A DNA stretch of 64,000 nucleotides, taken from NCBI GenBank assembly GCA_951406725.2, contig OX597823.1, forward strand, positions 108,066,001 through 108,130,000, written 5' to 3'. The position numbers and the translations under genes are program-made. Positions 1 through 14,129 of this stretch are shown piece after piece. The stretch is from Octopus vulgaris (taxonomy: Eukaryota). The stretch's first letter is position 1. Every line of letters starts with the position of its first letter. The notes beneath the pieces are model-generated. The model saw nothing but the letters and a program-made list of their open reading frames with translations, ran no database searches and was not told where the DNA came from.

Positions 1-263
1 TGCAAATTTGTAGGTTTTGTTTATGTATGTCTTCTCATGCATATACTTGCATACCTATACATGATAAACTTCTGGAAAGTTCTACAAATTTTTACAGTTC
101 CAGTGATGACTTGGAATCTTTGAATCAGCTTTCTCCTTACTGGCTTTGAGAAGCCTAATTTCTCAAGATTGATATTTAGGCAGTGTGTTTCATATCCCAA
201 TGCCTCAATAATTACAGGTATAAACCTGAACTTCTAATCTGGATAGAGGAAGTGCAGATTTCT
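1..263 (-). mobile_element. 5'-truncated 3' fragment of an RLE-type (R4/Dong-like) non-LTR retrotransposon, running off the window edge
   Basis: Aligns by eye to about 50790-51080 (shared atgataaacttctggaaagt, tttacagttccagtgatg, gcctcaataattacaggtataaacctgaactt). The minus strand reads FRFIPVIIEALGY...TGTVKIC. It ends at a (TATG)n tract. Confidence 0.8.
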
Positions 264-784
264 ATGTAAGTATATATGTATGTATGTACGTATGCATGTA
301 TGTATGTATGTATGAATGTATATATGTATGTATACCTATATATATATATATATATATGTACAAGTATAAAGGTATATATCCACATATGTTATATGTGTGT
401 GTGTGTGTTTGTGCTGCTGTGCATATATATACTTATAACACTGATATATAATTGTGTGTGCATATTTATGTATGTATATATACCCATAGGTATGTAGCAT
501 GTTACAAAATCGAAAATCAAGGGTGCAGATAAACAAAATAAATTTAACGATAAGAGTAATGTGGTTGGGTCGGGGCGGGGTTTGGAATACAAAGACTGTC
601 CGTCGTGATTCGTGATGAAGGAAAAGCCCAAAACGAATGTAGATTGTTTTAATGAATATAGGTATTGTTATAAAAAAAATAGAGGAAACATGAGTGTTAG
701 GGTGATGAAAGTGTTCATTGTGGCAAGAAATAATTGGTTTAGATCCATGATTTTAGTTAGAATTTAGAGAATTCATTATTATAA

Positions 785-788
785 TATA

Positions 789-834
<46 letters not shown>

Positions 835-935
835 CACACTCACACAAACATATATTTATATATATGTGTGTGTATATATATGTATATGTGTATATATATA
901 TATTTCTAAACATGTACATACACATATATGTGCGT

Positions 936-988
<53 letters not shown>

Positions 989-1175
989 TATATATACATG
1001 AATGTATATGTATATATATGTATATACATATCTCTATATATGTGTATATATCTATATATATAAATATATATATGTATATATATATGTATTTATCTGTATA
1101 TATATGTATATATATGTATGAGTGTATGCATATATGTATGCATGTACATTTGTGCATGTGTGTGCATAGTATATG
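785..1175. repeat. Compound (TA)n/(TG)n/(TATG) microsatellite
   Basis: Direct reading of the sequence. Confidence 0.95.
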
Positions 1176-1411
1176 CACAGTCTGTAATCTAGAATGGAAT
1201 TTCTCTGAGAAAATTCATGATTTAAAGAACTCAGAGAAAGCAATAAAATGTAAAAAAAAAAAATAATAATAAAAGGAATAATACAGACAAAAGGTGAAAA
1301 TGTAAAGAACATAACAAACAAATTAAATGAAAAAACACGAAAAATTCTGATAAAGTAAAAGCAAAAACGATCACAGTTGAAATGAGAAATAGAAATAAAA
1401 ATTTCTGAAAT

Positions 1412-1453
1412 GTATTACTATTATTATTATTATTATTATTATCATCATCATAT

Positions 1454-1499
<46 letters not shown>

Positions 1500-1510
1500 C
1501 ATCATCATAT

Positions 1511-1556
<46 letters not shown>

Positions 1557-1567
1557 CATCATCATAT

Positions 1568-1604
<37 letters not shown>

Positions 1605-1609
1605 CATAT

Positions 1610-1656
<47 letters not shown>

Positions 1657-1690
1657 AATAATAATAATAGTAATGATAATAATAATAATA
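1412..1690. repeat. (TTA)n microsatellite with periodic TCATCATCATATTCA interruptions
   Basis: Direct reading; the interruptions recur about every 57-60 bp. Confidence 0.95.
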
Positions 1691-1939
1691 TAAAAAGTAC
1701 AAAAGAAAGTTGAAGAGAATTGATGGGTAAGAAAAAATATTGAAAGAAATCCTTGAAGATCTTTGAATAGAGAAAGGAAAGGTTAAAGAAAAAAAAAGGA
1801 AGTTGACGCATGCATAGACACACACATACATTTACATACGCTCGGAGTCATACATGCATATGCACATGTACAAATACATGCAATTATGTATTCATATAGT
1901 AATATTACCCACATGTAACTTTAATCATCATATACATGC

Positions 1940-1966
1940 ACATATATATATATATATATCTATACC

Positions 1967-2036
<70 letters not shown>

Positions 2037-2150
2037 TAGATAGTTACATAGATAGATAGATAGTTAGATAGATAGATAGATAGATAGTTAAATAGATAGA
2101 TAGATAGATAGTTAGCTACATAGATAGACAGATAGATAGATAGATATAAA
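1940..2150. repeat. (TA)n followed by (TAGA)n microsatellite
   Basis: Direct reading. Confidence 0.95.
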
Positions 2151-2360
2151 TATATTTAATCTTCTATATTGCTAATAGATATCAATTGTATTAGATGTGA
2201 GAGAAGTATTTGAATGTGACAGTGAGAATATTAAATGGTGCTCAAACATGTAGGAGGGTTGCCCATGTTTAGCTTACTCAGAGATTTTCATTCTGCTTTG
2301 CAATAATATCGGGTGTAATATTTTGAAGAAAATATACATACATACATGTATACATACGCT

Positions 2361-2406
<46 letters not shown>

Positions 2407-2423
2407 CCACCACCGCCACCATT

Positions 2424-2454
<31 letters not shown>

Positions 2455-2515
2455 TCATCATTATCATCACCACTACCACCATTACCCCTCCCCCACCATC
2501 ATCATCATAATCATC
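2361..2515. repeat. (CAT)n/(CAC)n triplet tract
   Basis: Direct reading. Confidence 0.9.
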
Positions 2516-2665
2516 ATTTAATGTCCATTGTCCACACTGGATGGCTCAATAGGAGGTGGTGAGCCAGAGATTTATACCTAATTCCAGTGCTTGCATTGAC
2601 ACGGTTTCTACAAGTGAATGTTTTACTTAATGCCCACCACTTTACAAAGTGTACACCTGTACATA

Positions 2666-3063
2666 TCTTTATATATAAAAGTCAAGTTGTGTGTCTGTCT
2701 CCTACGATTTAGATTCCTAACTACTCCCACATTTTGTGGTGCAGTTTAACCAAAACCGGGTATCTTATAGTTGTGATTCATATCGAGCCCTTCTGGGTAT
2801 TAGCGCACGTCTACGATGAGTCTACGATTTAAAAAAAATTTACGATCATTTTTTTCCATTTTAATGCATTTTTTCGCTATTATATAAGGGAAGTAACTCT
2901 CTAAAAATGTCTACGATGAGTCAACGATTTAAAAAAAAATTTACCATAATTTTTTTCCCATTTTTAATGCATTTTTTTTGCTAGTTTTTGGCTATAACTC
3001 TCTAAAAAATGCTTATAATGTTATTTCCCTTACAAACCTGAGCAACGCCGGGCGATACTGCTA

Positions 3064-3064
<1 letters not shown>
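2666..3064 (+). mobile_element. Non-autonomous Helitron (~400 bp)
   Basis: Starts A|TC (tctttatatataaaa) and ends CTAG|T. A GC-rich imperfect hairpin cctgagcaacgccggg (3037-3052) lies about 10 bp before the end, and there is no TSD. It contains an internal ~100-bp tandem duplication (2809-2908 and 2909-3010). Confidence 0.85.
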
Positions 3065-3115
<51 letters not shown>

Positions 3116-3984
3116 CCTTGGTATGTCCATATGTTAATCTATGTTGTAGGTATACAGGTTTGTCAAATTTACCCATTTCTCTACAGATTGAAAAAATGGC
3201 AATCTTAATCAATTTTAGTCCTTTGATGGAACCTGATCAGACGTGTTTATATGATAGTCCCAAAGAAACAAGTTGTCAATCCATTTATATATACATCAAA
3301 TCCTGTAGCTTTAGAGCACAGCAGCCTCCACTATGAAGAAAGTGTTAGTACACTCTGTAAATGGTTGCTATTAGGAAGGGTGTGCTTGACAGTAGAGTTT
3401 GGAGCAATCCCCTTGCTTACTAACTCCTGCCAAACCGTCCAAAACATGTCAGCATGGAAAATAGACAATAAATAGTGATGATGATGATCATGGTGATGAA
3501 AATGTATCTTCCTCATAGGAGAGACTTACCTTAACCTAGGGTTTAATGAGACCCTTTACACAAGGGATGACTTGTTACATTCAAAATTAGAGTAAGAGGT
3601 TTATTTAAATTCAGAATTTTCAGTCTCGTAGTATCAAACCCATCGTTCTCTCATCAGACGCATGTAAATATATGAATGCACACACACGCACAAACACATG
3701 CGCAGACATGACACACACATGCACACTCTTATGTAGAGATACATCCGTATATATACTTGAATATATGCATGTCTATACTTTTGGGTGAATGTGTGGGGAG
3801 GTTTGCATGTACATGAAGTCATGCAAACATACACAACCACTCCATATCTCAATGCATGTCTGTTGACATTTCCACATACCCAATGCTGCAGATGCATATC
3901 TACACAAAAAATATACATACACATCATCACAAATACATACATACATACATACATATATATCATAAACTTATATTCTTAAAAATA

Positions 3985-4495
<511 letters not shown>

Positions 4496-4658
4496 ACTAA
4501 GAGACACATTTCGATAGGGGCACACTCTCACAAATAAACATCCATACATACACACATACACACACTTGCATTTATTCAAATCTACTCATTCATACCTAAC
4601 AACTATAGGTAGATCTACATTTACGGTGACATATAAAAATGAATCAGTACCGACACAT

Positions 4659-4708
<50 letters not shown>

Positions 4709-6369
4709 ACATATTCAATCACTTCATCACATAGATCCTTTAACGTACAATCAGAGACATCTATATTCATGGTGACATAAGCACACATCCATTAACTCAC
4801 AGATTACAAATACATACACACACACATAAATCAGTACTAACACATTGACACACTTATTCAGCTCTGCATATAACTCACACACACAAAGGCACATAATCAC
4901 ATACACACACATAAACACAATCACACATATATATACACTCACACATACTGACGCACACAATGAAACAAACTCTTGTAAAAAAAAATCTTCAGCTTTTAGA
5001 AGGATTTTTTTTTTTGTGAAATTACATTGTATTTTACCATTTTTTTTTCCAGTTGGAATTATTTGTTAAAATGTCTTGGAGTGAAAAAATGGAGAGAAAT
5101 TCCAAAAATTTCTTTCACTTTTTTCTGTCTGTCTCTCATCCATTCTTTTTTTTCTAGAAGTTTGAGGTATTTTTTTTCTTTAATTTTATATTTCTATGAT
5201 CTTGGTACAATTGATGTTGTTGTTGTTGCTGTTGTTGTTGTTGTTGTTGTTGCAGTTGTTACTGTTACAGCTGTTGTGATTACTGTTGCTATTGTTACAT
5301 AAATTTGTTTTACTTTGTGTATATTGTTTACAGCAGCTTTTTATCACCATTCTATCTGATTAAAAAGTATATATATTGACACACATATATGCATGCATTT
5401 ACGCATACATACATACATACATACATGCATGGATATATATATAAAAATGTTTTATATCTTTCTATCTGTCTATCTATATATATGTGTGTATATGGTGTAT
5501 ATGTATAGGGATGTGTGTGTGCATGTATATCACCATCATTATTTAATCTCCATGTTCCATGCTGACATGGGTTGATATATAAATTTAGGCACATATACAT
5601 GTACACACACAGGCACACACACATATATGTATATGCATATTTATGCATACATATATATGTATACACACACACACACACATATATTATAATAAAAGCAAAA
5701 TTCTGACTGACTGGGACCTCTGTATCTTGGTCTACATTTGCTCTACATAGTCATATTATACCATATGGGGATCAGAATGATTCCAGGATAGAAAATCTGC
5801 CCTTCATTTGGTTCTTGAATATCCAGTATTGGGATCTGATTTAAAAGCATTTGGGTTGCTACTTCTTGCAGGTAAAGCTTGGCTGATTCACACCATTTTG
5901 GTTGGGGTTTGTCAGATGATGACAGAGATCAATGGAGACATCATATTCACTTATTTTTAATTTTATGTCGAGATGAGCACTTTGGGACAAGTTGACCAAC
6001 AGTTGGAATTGAACTTGGGACTGGAACAATAGAATGACTGCAGAATTAATTCTCATCTGTCCTTAACCTCTGATCAAACACCACTGGGGCATATAGTCAT
6101 TATGGATGTATTATAGTTATGGTACTTAGCTCTTTTTATCTTTGGACCATACGCCCAATTAACCCTCCGCAGGAGCTAGTTTAAAAGTCCACTCTGCAGC
6201 CCCTCTTACAATAATCCCCTCATTCCCTAGCAGGAAACTGATTCCCCACCGTACTGAAGGAGAGCTGGGGTGGTTAGCTTCGTGCTAGGGGGTGAGGGGA
6301 ACTGCATGGCAACCTCAACTGTATGCAGTCTACACTGTAAAGTGTAGGAAGGGCAGCGAGTCGTAAAAA

Positions 6370-7470
6370 CCATTCCAAAGCAGACACTGGAGTTCGATGC
6401 ACGTGTTAGATCGAACGTATGTGTAGCACATTGACCAATTTTTCTCAAATTGAACGATGAAAGATTTCGAAATGTTATGTGTTTGTGGGGGAAATGCAGC
6501 TTCAAATCGGGGGGAAAATAACTTTGAAGGAACTATTTCTAAAGATGCAACAGGCTTATGAAGTGAAGTGTTTGAACGATACACAATATCACAAGTGGCT
6601 CCATCGTTTCAAATTGGGAAAAACATCTATTGACGATTATTCCAAATGTTGGCGCACTTAAATAACAACAGACAGTGATTACGTTGCAGAAGTGCCAGCT
6701 GCGATCCCCGAAAATCGTCACGTGACTGTTAGCAAAGTTTCTGAAGAAGCGAGAATCTGTAATAAAAGATTCTCACTCAAGAAATTAAACGATAAACCGA
6801 AAATAAATCGTGTTACTTCAAAACGTATATGTACAAAAAGAACTGATTCAACGTTCGAATGCTGTCGAAAACTTTCTGAAAAAAGTCCTAAAGGGTTCTC
6901 GAAATGCCAGTGTACGGTTTCGTTATGTCGAAACAAAAAAATCCAGTCGTCCCAATGGATCAGGTTATCGTCACTGCGAACAAAAACATCAGATTCTTCA
7001 AATGCAATGGTAACATTGATTATTTTTGTATTAGGAACATACCGTTCATCATGAAGCTGTTTTCGCAGTCAGTCTATCAATAAAGAGTTTGATAACCTTG
7101 GGCATTTGAGAGTATTTGTGTAAAGGAAGAAGCCTGAAATATGGATAAATGAAGCATCGATATATATTACCATGACTTCATCTATTCACGTGTCAGTCAT
7201 CTGTGATTGTTTTAGGAAAGCACAAGATAACTCTTGCTTCCCGCCCTTTAAACTTCTCTTTGTTACAAAAGTTGTAATCCACGCTGCTGGGTCCCAGGTT
7301 TCAGATGACAGAATAGGTTTTATAGAACTGCAAGACGCATTCAAGGAGACGATTCCGAACTAGAGAAACCGCATCCATGTCGGTGTATAAAAAAATGGGG
7401 ACAACTATTCCGAGAGAGATAAGTAAAATAATTTTGTCTTAAATGTTCGATTTCCTTTTGAACAGGAGTA
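6370..7470 (+). mobile_element. Degenerate mariner (Tc1/mariner) transposon
   Basis: ORF 6479-6661 has a mariner HTH pattern (GK.T..ELF.KMQQAY...L.DTQ..KW..RFK.GKTSIDD). Downstream sequence is frameshifted transposase-like, with a TIR-like end ccttttgaacaggagta near 7453-7469. Confidence 0.7.
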
Positions 7471-7622
7471 TTAACATAAATATATCAATCAAAATACTCT
7501 TCTCTCTCTTTATACACGCACACACGAACACACACACACACACAAACACACACATACACACACACACACACAAACACATACATACACACACACATATATA
7601 TATATGTATATATGTATGTATG

Positions 7623-7674
<52 letters not shown>

Positions 7675-8159
7675 CATAACTTACACTCGTGCTGATTCAT
7701 ATACAATGCGCCAATCTGCTTTGTGTATACATTGCCACATTATACATAGCTGCTTTCAATGAACTACATGCCCAGAAACAGCTGTAAAGAACTAGCTGCA
7801 CTTTCTACTCTCATACTTGTGAGTGAGACTAATGATTCACGGAATTATTATTTACCCATCAGAAGGACTATTGTATGAACTTCTTGGTCTTGTACCCTTC
7901 TATCTCTCTTCTCTATGAACTTTCACTTCCCAAATTCTCTTGGCTTTCTTCTAAATTTACATATCTTTATATTCTCTTCTTACAACTACCTGTTCATCTT
8001 TAATTTTAATTTATTATACACACGCACACACACGCGCGCATATATGCATGTGTGTGTATGTATGTATGAAAACCAATCTATCACGACCTGTTAACTCCGG
8101 AAATGTTTACGATATATTAATCCAATAGGTAAATAAACAAATAGTTTCAACAATACAGC

Positions 8160-8546
8160 AATATCTTTGTTTACATCATGTCTTCTAATGACATCCTTCC
8201 ATTTATATCAAGCATATCACATATATCACACTTATATAATACATACATTATCCAGCAGTTCACAGAGAGATATGACATACAAGATATTACATTATACAAC
8301 TTGTTGTCAATATAAAGATATTCCATATAGAATTTCACTAGATTATATGACAAGTGTTAATAAAAAAATATATCACATAGGCTATAACTACTGAGTGAAT
8401 GTAATGGATACTAGGATGCATGTACACCACACGTGTTAATATATATAAAGATAGCACACGCTATCTTTATATATATTATAAACTTAAATGATATGACACG
8501 TTGAACATAAAGATATCACATACAACCACCTCAGATTAAATGACAA
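8160..8546. repeat. Degenerate minisatellite (~50-60 bp unit)
   Basis: Recurring ataaagatatcacata and gattatatgaca..gtgttaat motifs. Confidence 0.5.
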
Positions 8547-9305
8547 GGGTAGTGATGGTGGGGGTGGTAGTGGTTAAAGGTGGTGGTGGTGGTTGTGGTG
8601 GTGTCTTTGGTGGCAGTGGTAGTGGTGGTAACATCAAACAATAACGGTAGCAACATCTGCTACAGCAGTTTCTTTTCCAATCTTAGCACTAGTACCATTC
8701 ACCGCCATCTTTGTCATAACTATCACCGCTACCATCATCACTACCAACAGAACCACCTCTACCATCACCATTTAATGACGACAACACTAACAACAACAAT
8801 GAACTGACACGTTATGACAACAACAATTACAATAATACCAATGCTATTAACAATAATGTTAATGAAATCTTAAATTAATTATTATCTATTTAATTAAGAT
8901 TGTCATGGGATAGAGTTTGCCGTGTGTCGTTCAGTATTCAGTATGCTTCATTGTAGGTTGTTAATTCAAATAAATCTCTGTGAAGTTATTTGAAGTATTC
9001 CCATATCTGCTTCACTCTCTGATTATATACTCCCGACATCAGTTATCCTTAGTTTTGCTAAGGGATTATCTCAATTTTACTCAGTTCACTTTAATTGTAT
9101 TCGCTAGTTCAGCTGTTGACTACCGTATTTGATAGCATGTAAGATACACAATTTTCCTTCCAAAAAATGTCTCAAATAATCACCGTACCTTATATGCCAT
9201 GCTGAGTCTCTCATAAAATAATTTTGTTCTTGATACTCTCTGCCAGACCCTCTCTCTATCTGGCTTATCTTCATAATATTGATATTTACTTAAACATTAG
9301 CTAAG

Positions 9306-9830
9306 TACGTGCTCTGATCAATAAGTATCCAGACTATCGTCATTAGTAACGAAGCTAAAGCACGCAGAGTAAAGCCACTTGGCAGAGACTGACCTTGATC
9401 ACTATTGTGCATGTGCACTAAGTTTTAACGTTCCAGCTCACTTCTGCTGTTTACAGCACCGCTTGGAAAGAACGTGTGTAGCGAGTGATCGTCGCATTGA
9501 CCATTATAGAAAGTTGAGCAGAGAATCTGCATCAAATTTTGTTATAAGCTTGGCTAAACCTGCTCAGAAGCATACGCAAAGTTGCAGAAAGTGTATGGAG
9601 AGGAGTGTATGAGCTTCACACAAGCGTACGAGTGGTTCAGACATTTCCAATATGGTCGAAAAATGTAGATATTGACGAACGTTCTGGGAAACCCGCAACC
9701 AGCATAACTGAGAAAAACATCGCAGATGTGCAATGCAGCTATGAGGGGAAGTCGTTGAATCACCATCCGTGAGTTATCAGAGGATCTCGGTATGAGACGC
9801 GTGTCTGCCAAGTTTTTGCCAAAACTGCTG
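9306..9830 (+). mobile_element. Mariner 5' fragment (TIR plus transposase HTH region)
   Basis: TA followed by a mariner-type TIR (cgtgctctgatcaataagtatccagact). Translation from ~9516 gives EQRICIKFCYKLG*TCSEAYAKLQKVYGEECMSFTQAYEWFRHFQYGRK...IDERSGKP. Confidence 0.85.
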
Positions 9831-9963
9831 TAGAAATGAATTGTGATTTCACTGGTGCCAAACTGTATTGGTCTTTGCCTTTCCCTTGGATTACATCAGT
9901 GGTATGGAGAGGGGAGGCTGGTATGCATAGGTGACTGCTGGTCTTCCATTAACAACCTTCTCT

Positions 9964-10457
9964 GAACGCGAAATTTTTTCCCCACGAGAGTTCCGGACCC
10001 CAGCAATGAACTCATTTGCATACAGCCAATCAGAGCTCACCTTGACCTTGTTGTCAAGTTAACAAACACACTCTCAAGACGAAGAACGGTGTTGTAAGTC
10101 GACCGATCGCCGAGTTATGCCTAATAGAAGGAGACCTTCTATCGGATTTTGTGAGGGCCCCATATGGTAAAGATGTGGATGGGGAAAATGTGGGTAGAGG
10201 GTGATGTGCTGGCAACCCTCTCCCCTTACTGCTTTACAAAGCAAACAACAACACGAATAACTACACAGAGACAGTCATGGTTGAAATAAGAACAAGAACA
10301 AGCTTTATTAAGGGGAAAAAAGCATGGTCAAGTGACCTTATCGTATCACCCATCACTTGTTATGCGCACATAAATTAGTTTGGTAGTTGAGCTCTGATTG
10401 GCTGTATGCAAATGAGTTCATAACTGGGATCCAGAACTCTCGTGGGAAAAAAATTCA
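9964..10457. mobile_element. Unclassified ~500-bp MITE with ~75-bp terminal inverted repeats (copy 1)
   Basis: The left end gcgaaattttttcccc acgagagttccggaccccagcaatgaactcatttgcatacagccaatcagagctca is the reverse complement of about 10388-10457. A second copy lies at 32762-33302. Confidence 0.85.
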
Positions 10458-10685
10458 CTGCCCGTATTTGTGCCTCGGGGGAGAACTTTCTAGGTGCAAT
10501 CTCATGGTCATTCATGACCGAAGGGGATCTTTACCTTTTTTGGTTTTGTTTTACCACCACTACCACCACCACTGCCACTGTCATTACAAACATCGCCACC
10601 TCTAACACAACCATCGCCACTATTACCTTCACCACCATTATTACTACCTCCACCACAATCAGCATCATCATTACAAATGTAATTA

Positions 10686-11271
10686 GGCGGTTGAATTGGC
10701 AAGACTGCTAGGATGCCGAGTGAAATGCTTAGCGGTATTTCGTCCGTCTTTACGTTCTGAGTTCAAATTCCGCCGAGGTCGACTTTGCATTTCATCATTT
10801 CGGGGTCGATTAAATAAGTACCAGTTACGCACTGAGGTCGATATAATCGACTTAATCCGTTTGTCTGTCCTTGTTTGTCCTCTCTGTGTTTAGCTCCTTG
10901 TGGGTAGTAAAGAAATAGGTATTTTGTTTGCCGTTACGTTCTGAGTTCAAATTCCGCCGAGGTCGACTTTGCCTTTCATCATTTCGGGGTCGATAAATTA
11001 AGTGCCGGTTACGCACTGGGGTCGATATAATCGACTTAATCCGTTTGTCTGTCCTTGTTTGTCCTCTCTGTGTTTAGCTCCTTGTGGGTAGTAAAGAAAT
11101 AGGTATTTCGTCAGTCTTTATGTTCTGAGTTCAAATTCCGCCGAGGTCGACTTTACCCTTCATCCTGTCGTGGTCGATAAAACAAGTACCAGTTTGACAT
11201 TCGGGTCGATGTAATCAGCTATCACGCGCCACAAAATTCCAGGCCTTGTGCTTATAATAGAAAGAATTATT
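10686..11271 (+). mobile_element. tRNA-derived SINE family A, head plus three tandem bodies
   Basis: tRNA-like head with a B-box (gagttcaaattc) and core gcctttcatc.tttcggggtcgat..a.taagtacc. The period is 184 bp (ggtattt at 10734, 10918 and 11102). Confidence 0.9.
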
Positions 11272-11284
11272 AAAGATATAAAGA

Positions 11285-11580
11285 AACAACTGCATTTATA
11301 ACAGCAGCAACAACAACAACAAGAACAACAGCAACAATTACAACAAATATAACAACGGCAACAACACTAACAACAACAGTAACAGCATCAACGACCACAA
11401 CAACAAAAGCAACATTGGCAGCAGCAGCAGCAGCAGCAACAACGACAAGACTGGCAGCAGCAAGAAGAAAAAAAAACCTTACAGCAACAACTGTAGCAGT
11501 AACAACAACAACAACGGCAACAAAAACCATAACAACAACAACTACGATAATAGCAGCAGCAACAACGAGAACAATAGCAG
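11285..11580. repeat. (ACA/GCA)n low-complexity triplet tract
   Basis: Direct reading. Confidence 0.85.
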
Positions 11581-11760
11581 TCAGAACCCAAATCCTGAAC
11601 AGATCAATAAAATTACAATAGAAATACCATTAAAAATTGGTGTTTAAGTGATTCAGTTGGCCATCTTTGTGATGTATGGGATATATATACGATGCGCGTG
11701 TATGTGTTTATGCCTACATCTATATGTGTGTGCGTGCATGCGTGTGTACATACCATTCAT

Positions 11761-11792
<32 letters not shown>

Positions 11793-12034
11793 GCATGCAC
11801 ATATATAAATGTGCTTCTTGTGGTAGATGTGATGTGTGTGACTGTGTATGTGCATACACATACAGAAACATACATATATGCACACATATGTTATAATACA
11901 TATGATGTGTGTTTGTGCGACTATATATGTATATGTATACTTATGTGTCGGTTTGTGAATGTATATACGCATGTATACGTATCCATATGTATAAGTGTGT
12001 GTCTGTGTGTGTATATATATACATATATACATAT

Positions 12035-12082
<48 letters not shown>

Positions 12083-13189
12083 ATATACATACATATATAC
12101 ATACAAACACACACATACACATATATGTACGCTAGTATGTATATTTGCATGTATGTAGGTACGCATATATTGTGTGTATGTGTGTGTGTATGTGTGTGTG
12201 TATGAGTGTGTGTGTGTGTGTGTATGAGAGAGAGAGTGTGTGTGTGTGTGTGTATGTGTGTGTCTGTGTGTGTGCATTGCGATCTTTGTATTATAGGACT
12301 GCAATTATGCAGGCATGATGTGTCTCCAACACTACCACCAATACTATCACTACCAACATCACCACCGCTACCATCATCATCATCATCACCACCATTTTTA
12401 TCATTTTTTTACGTCTGCTTTTTCTATATTCGTTCGAGACATACAGGTCTTTCCTAACACAATCAGACCACATTTTGCAGTTTCTCGTCGTGTGCTGTAT
12501 CACCTTGATGTTCAGCTTTCGCCGTTTCGTCTTATGTCTTGCAGTGCCTTCCACGTCCACAAACTCATCCCGCTTTGGTCACTCAGTACCTATTTGGCCC
12601 AACCATCTCGCATGCATTTCAATTTTCTTCCCCCCCCCTCCAACGCCCTCGAAAACTACATCTGATTTCTCTTAGACATATTTTTTTCTCTCAGCTCACT
12701 TATGTTCCTCGTTTTTGCGTACAACCATTATAAATATAGCCGAGCATCTTTGCATTCAGAACCCGTGACCGACTACCATGCAGTATCACACTCCATACAA
12801 TTTACCTAAAGTGTGAAATTTCGGACTGCATCAATGATTCATACATCTTCATGAAACTTAAGTAGCCATTCAGTATCTTGAATACTACCACACTTTATAA
12901 AGTACATTTGTAACTCTTTTATGAATAATGTTCTCAATATTTGTTCGAAGTATACATACATACATACATACATGCATACGTACGTACGTATGTACATACA
13001 TACATGCATACATACGTACGTATGTACATACACACATACATACACATACACAAATACATACATACGTATATATTGTTCTATATTTGTGAATTAATGAACA
13101 TTTATCTTCCTACAAATTTATTATTAATATGATTTTCTCCAATAATACAGACATATATATGAAGCAGACGTTTCTATATGTATGTATGC

Positions 13190-13234
<45 letters not shown>

Positions 13235-13490
13235 TATACATACAAATATATATATATATACACATTCATAAATGTGTATGTATGTGTGCGTAAATCAATC
13301 TATTAATATTAATAGATTTACATTATTAATGGCAATGTGAAAAAGTAGTGTGAGGAAGCAATCATGGCTATCGCTGGTAAAAACAAAGGTTGCATGTGTG
13401 TATCTATGTGCAGGTTTTATGTATATATGGCTGATTGCATGCATATATACAAGCGTATGCATTTAGACATACACACGCTTACATGTGCAG

Positions 13491-13541
<51 letters not shown>

Positions 13542-13568
13542 ATCGTTATTATTATTATTATTATTATT
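13491..13568. repeat. (TTA)n microsatellite
   Basis: Direct reading. Confidence 0.95.
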
Positions 13569-14123
13569 GAGTGAGAGAGCAGTGCATGCCATAAAAGTGA
13601 CACTGGGGTAAAATATACGAAGCCCCAATATACCCATCATGGCTACCCGTCTGATAAGGGTACACCAGGCACATGCATCACAACCATATGTGCACGACAT
13701 GGTGATCTCATATCGAGATAAACAGCACATGACTTGGCAGGTGGGACCCAGTTAAAATTTTCTTCAGATCGAGTAGCCCATCCCGCTCAAAAGGTCTCTG
13801 AATAAAGGTTGTTTAAGGATGTTGAACGAAACACCCATGTTTCCAGGGGTGAATTGTTCAAACCCCAAACAATTCCTCTGAACACATAGCTATGATTCTC
13901 CCCCACTAAATCTGTCCGTGATCAGAGATGCACATATAATCAACCACAAAGGGATAAGCTCAACTGGTTAAGGTCAAGCAACTGACAAGCAAATCTGTGG
14001 TATTGAGCAGAATATTTGCTGTAGCCCATCTTTTATAACAAGACAAAACAATGTACATGATAACACTTCCAATCAGTTAAGATCAGAAGCCATGAGAGCC
14101 ACTGCCTGGTACTGCATCAGGGC
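13569..14123 (-). mobile_element. ~555-bp non-coding interspersed element embedded in (TAA)n
   Basis: Complex, more GC-rich sequence with sharp boundaries, flanked by long (TTA)n on the left and ttattat on the right. No TIR or meaningful ORF. Orientation is inferred from the (TAA)n tail. Confidence 0.6.
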
Positions 14124-14129
14124 TTATTA

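Noticed and set aside
600-650. gtgatgaaggaaaagcccaaaacgaatgta as a hammerhead remnant (similar weak case at 60905-60950 minus)
   Set aside because: Both core halves are mutated and there is no second copy in the window to confirm it.
3522-3533. Minus-strand AAG|GTAAGT splice donor
   Set aside because: Such a match is expected by chance in 64 kb, and there is no exon-like sequence upstream.
5682-6060. Helitron-like 5' start (tattataataaaagc..ctgactgactg)
   Set aside because: No matching hairpin plus CTAG 3' end could be identified.
14095-14123. cctggtactgca resembles the U2 snRNA 3' region
   Set aside because: Only about 12 nt match, and the rest of U2 is absent.
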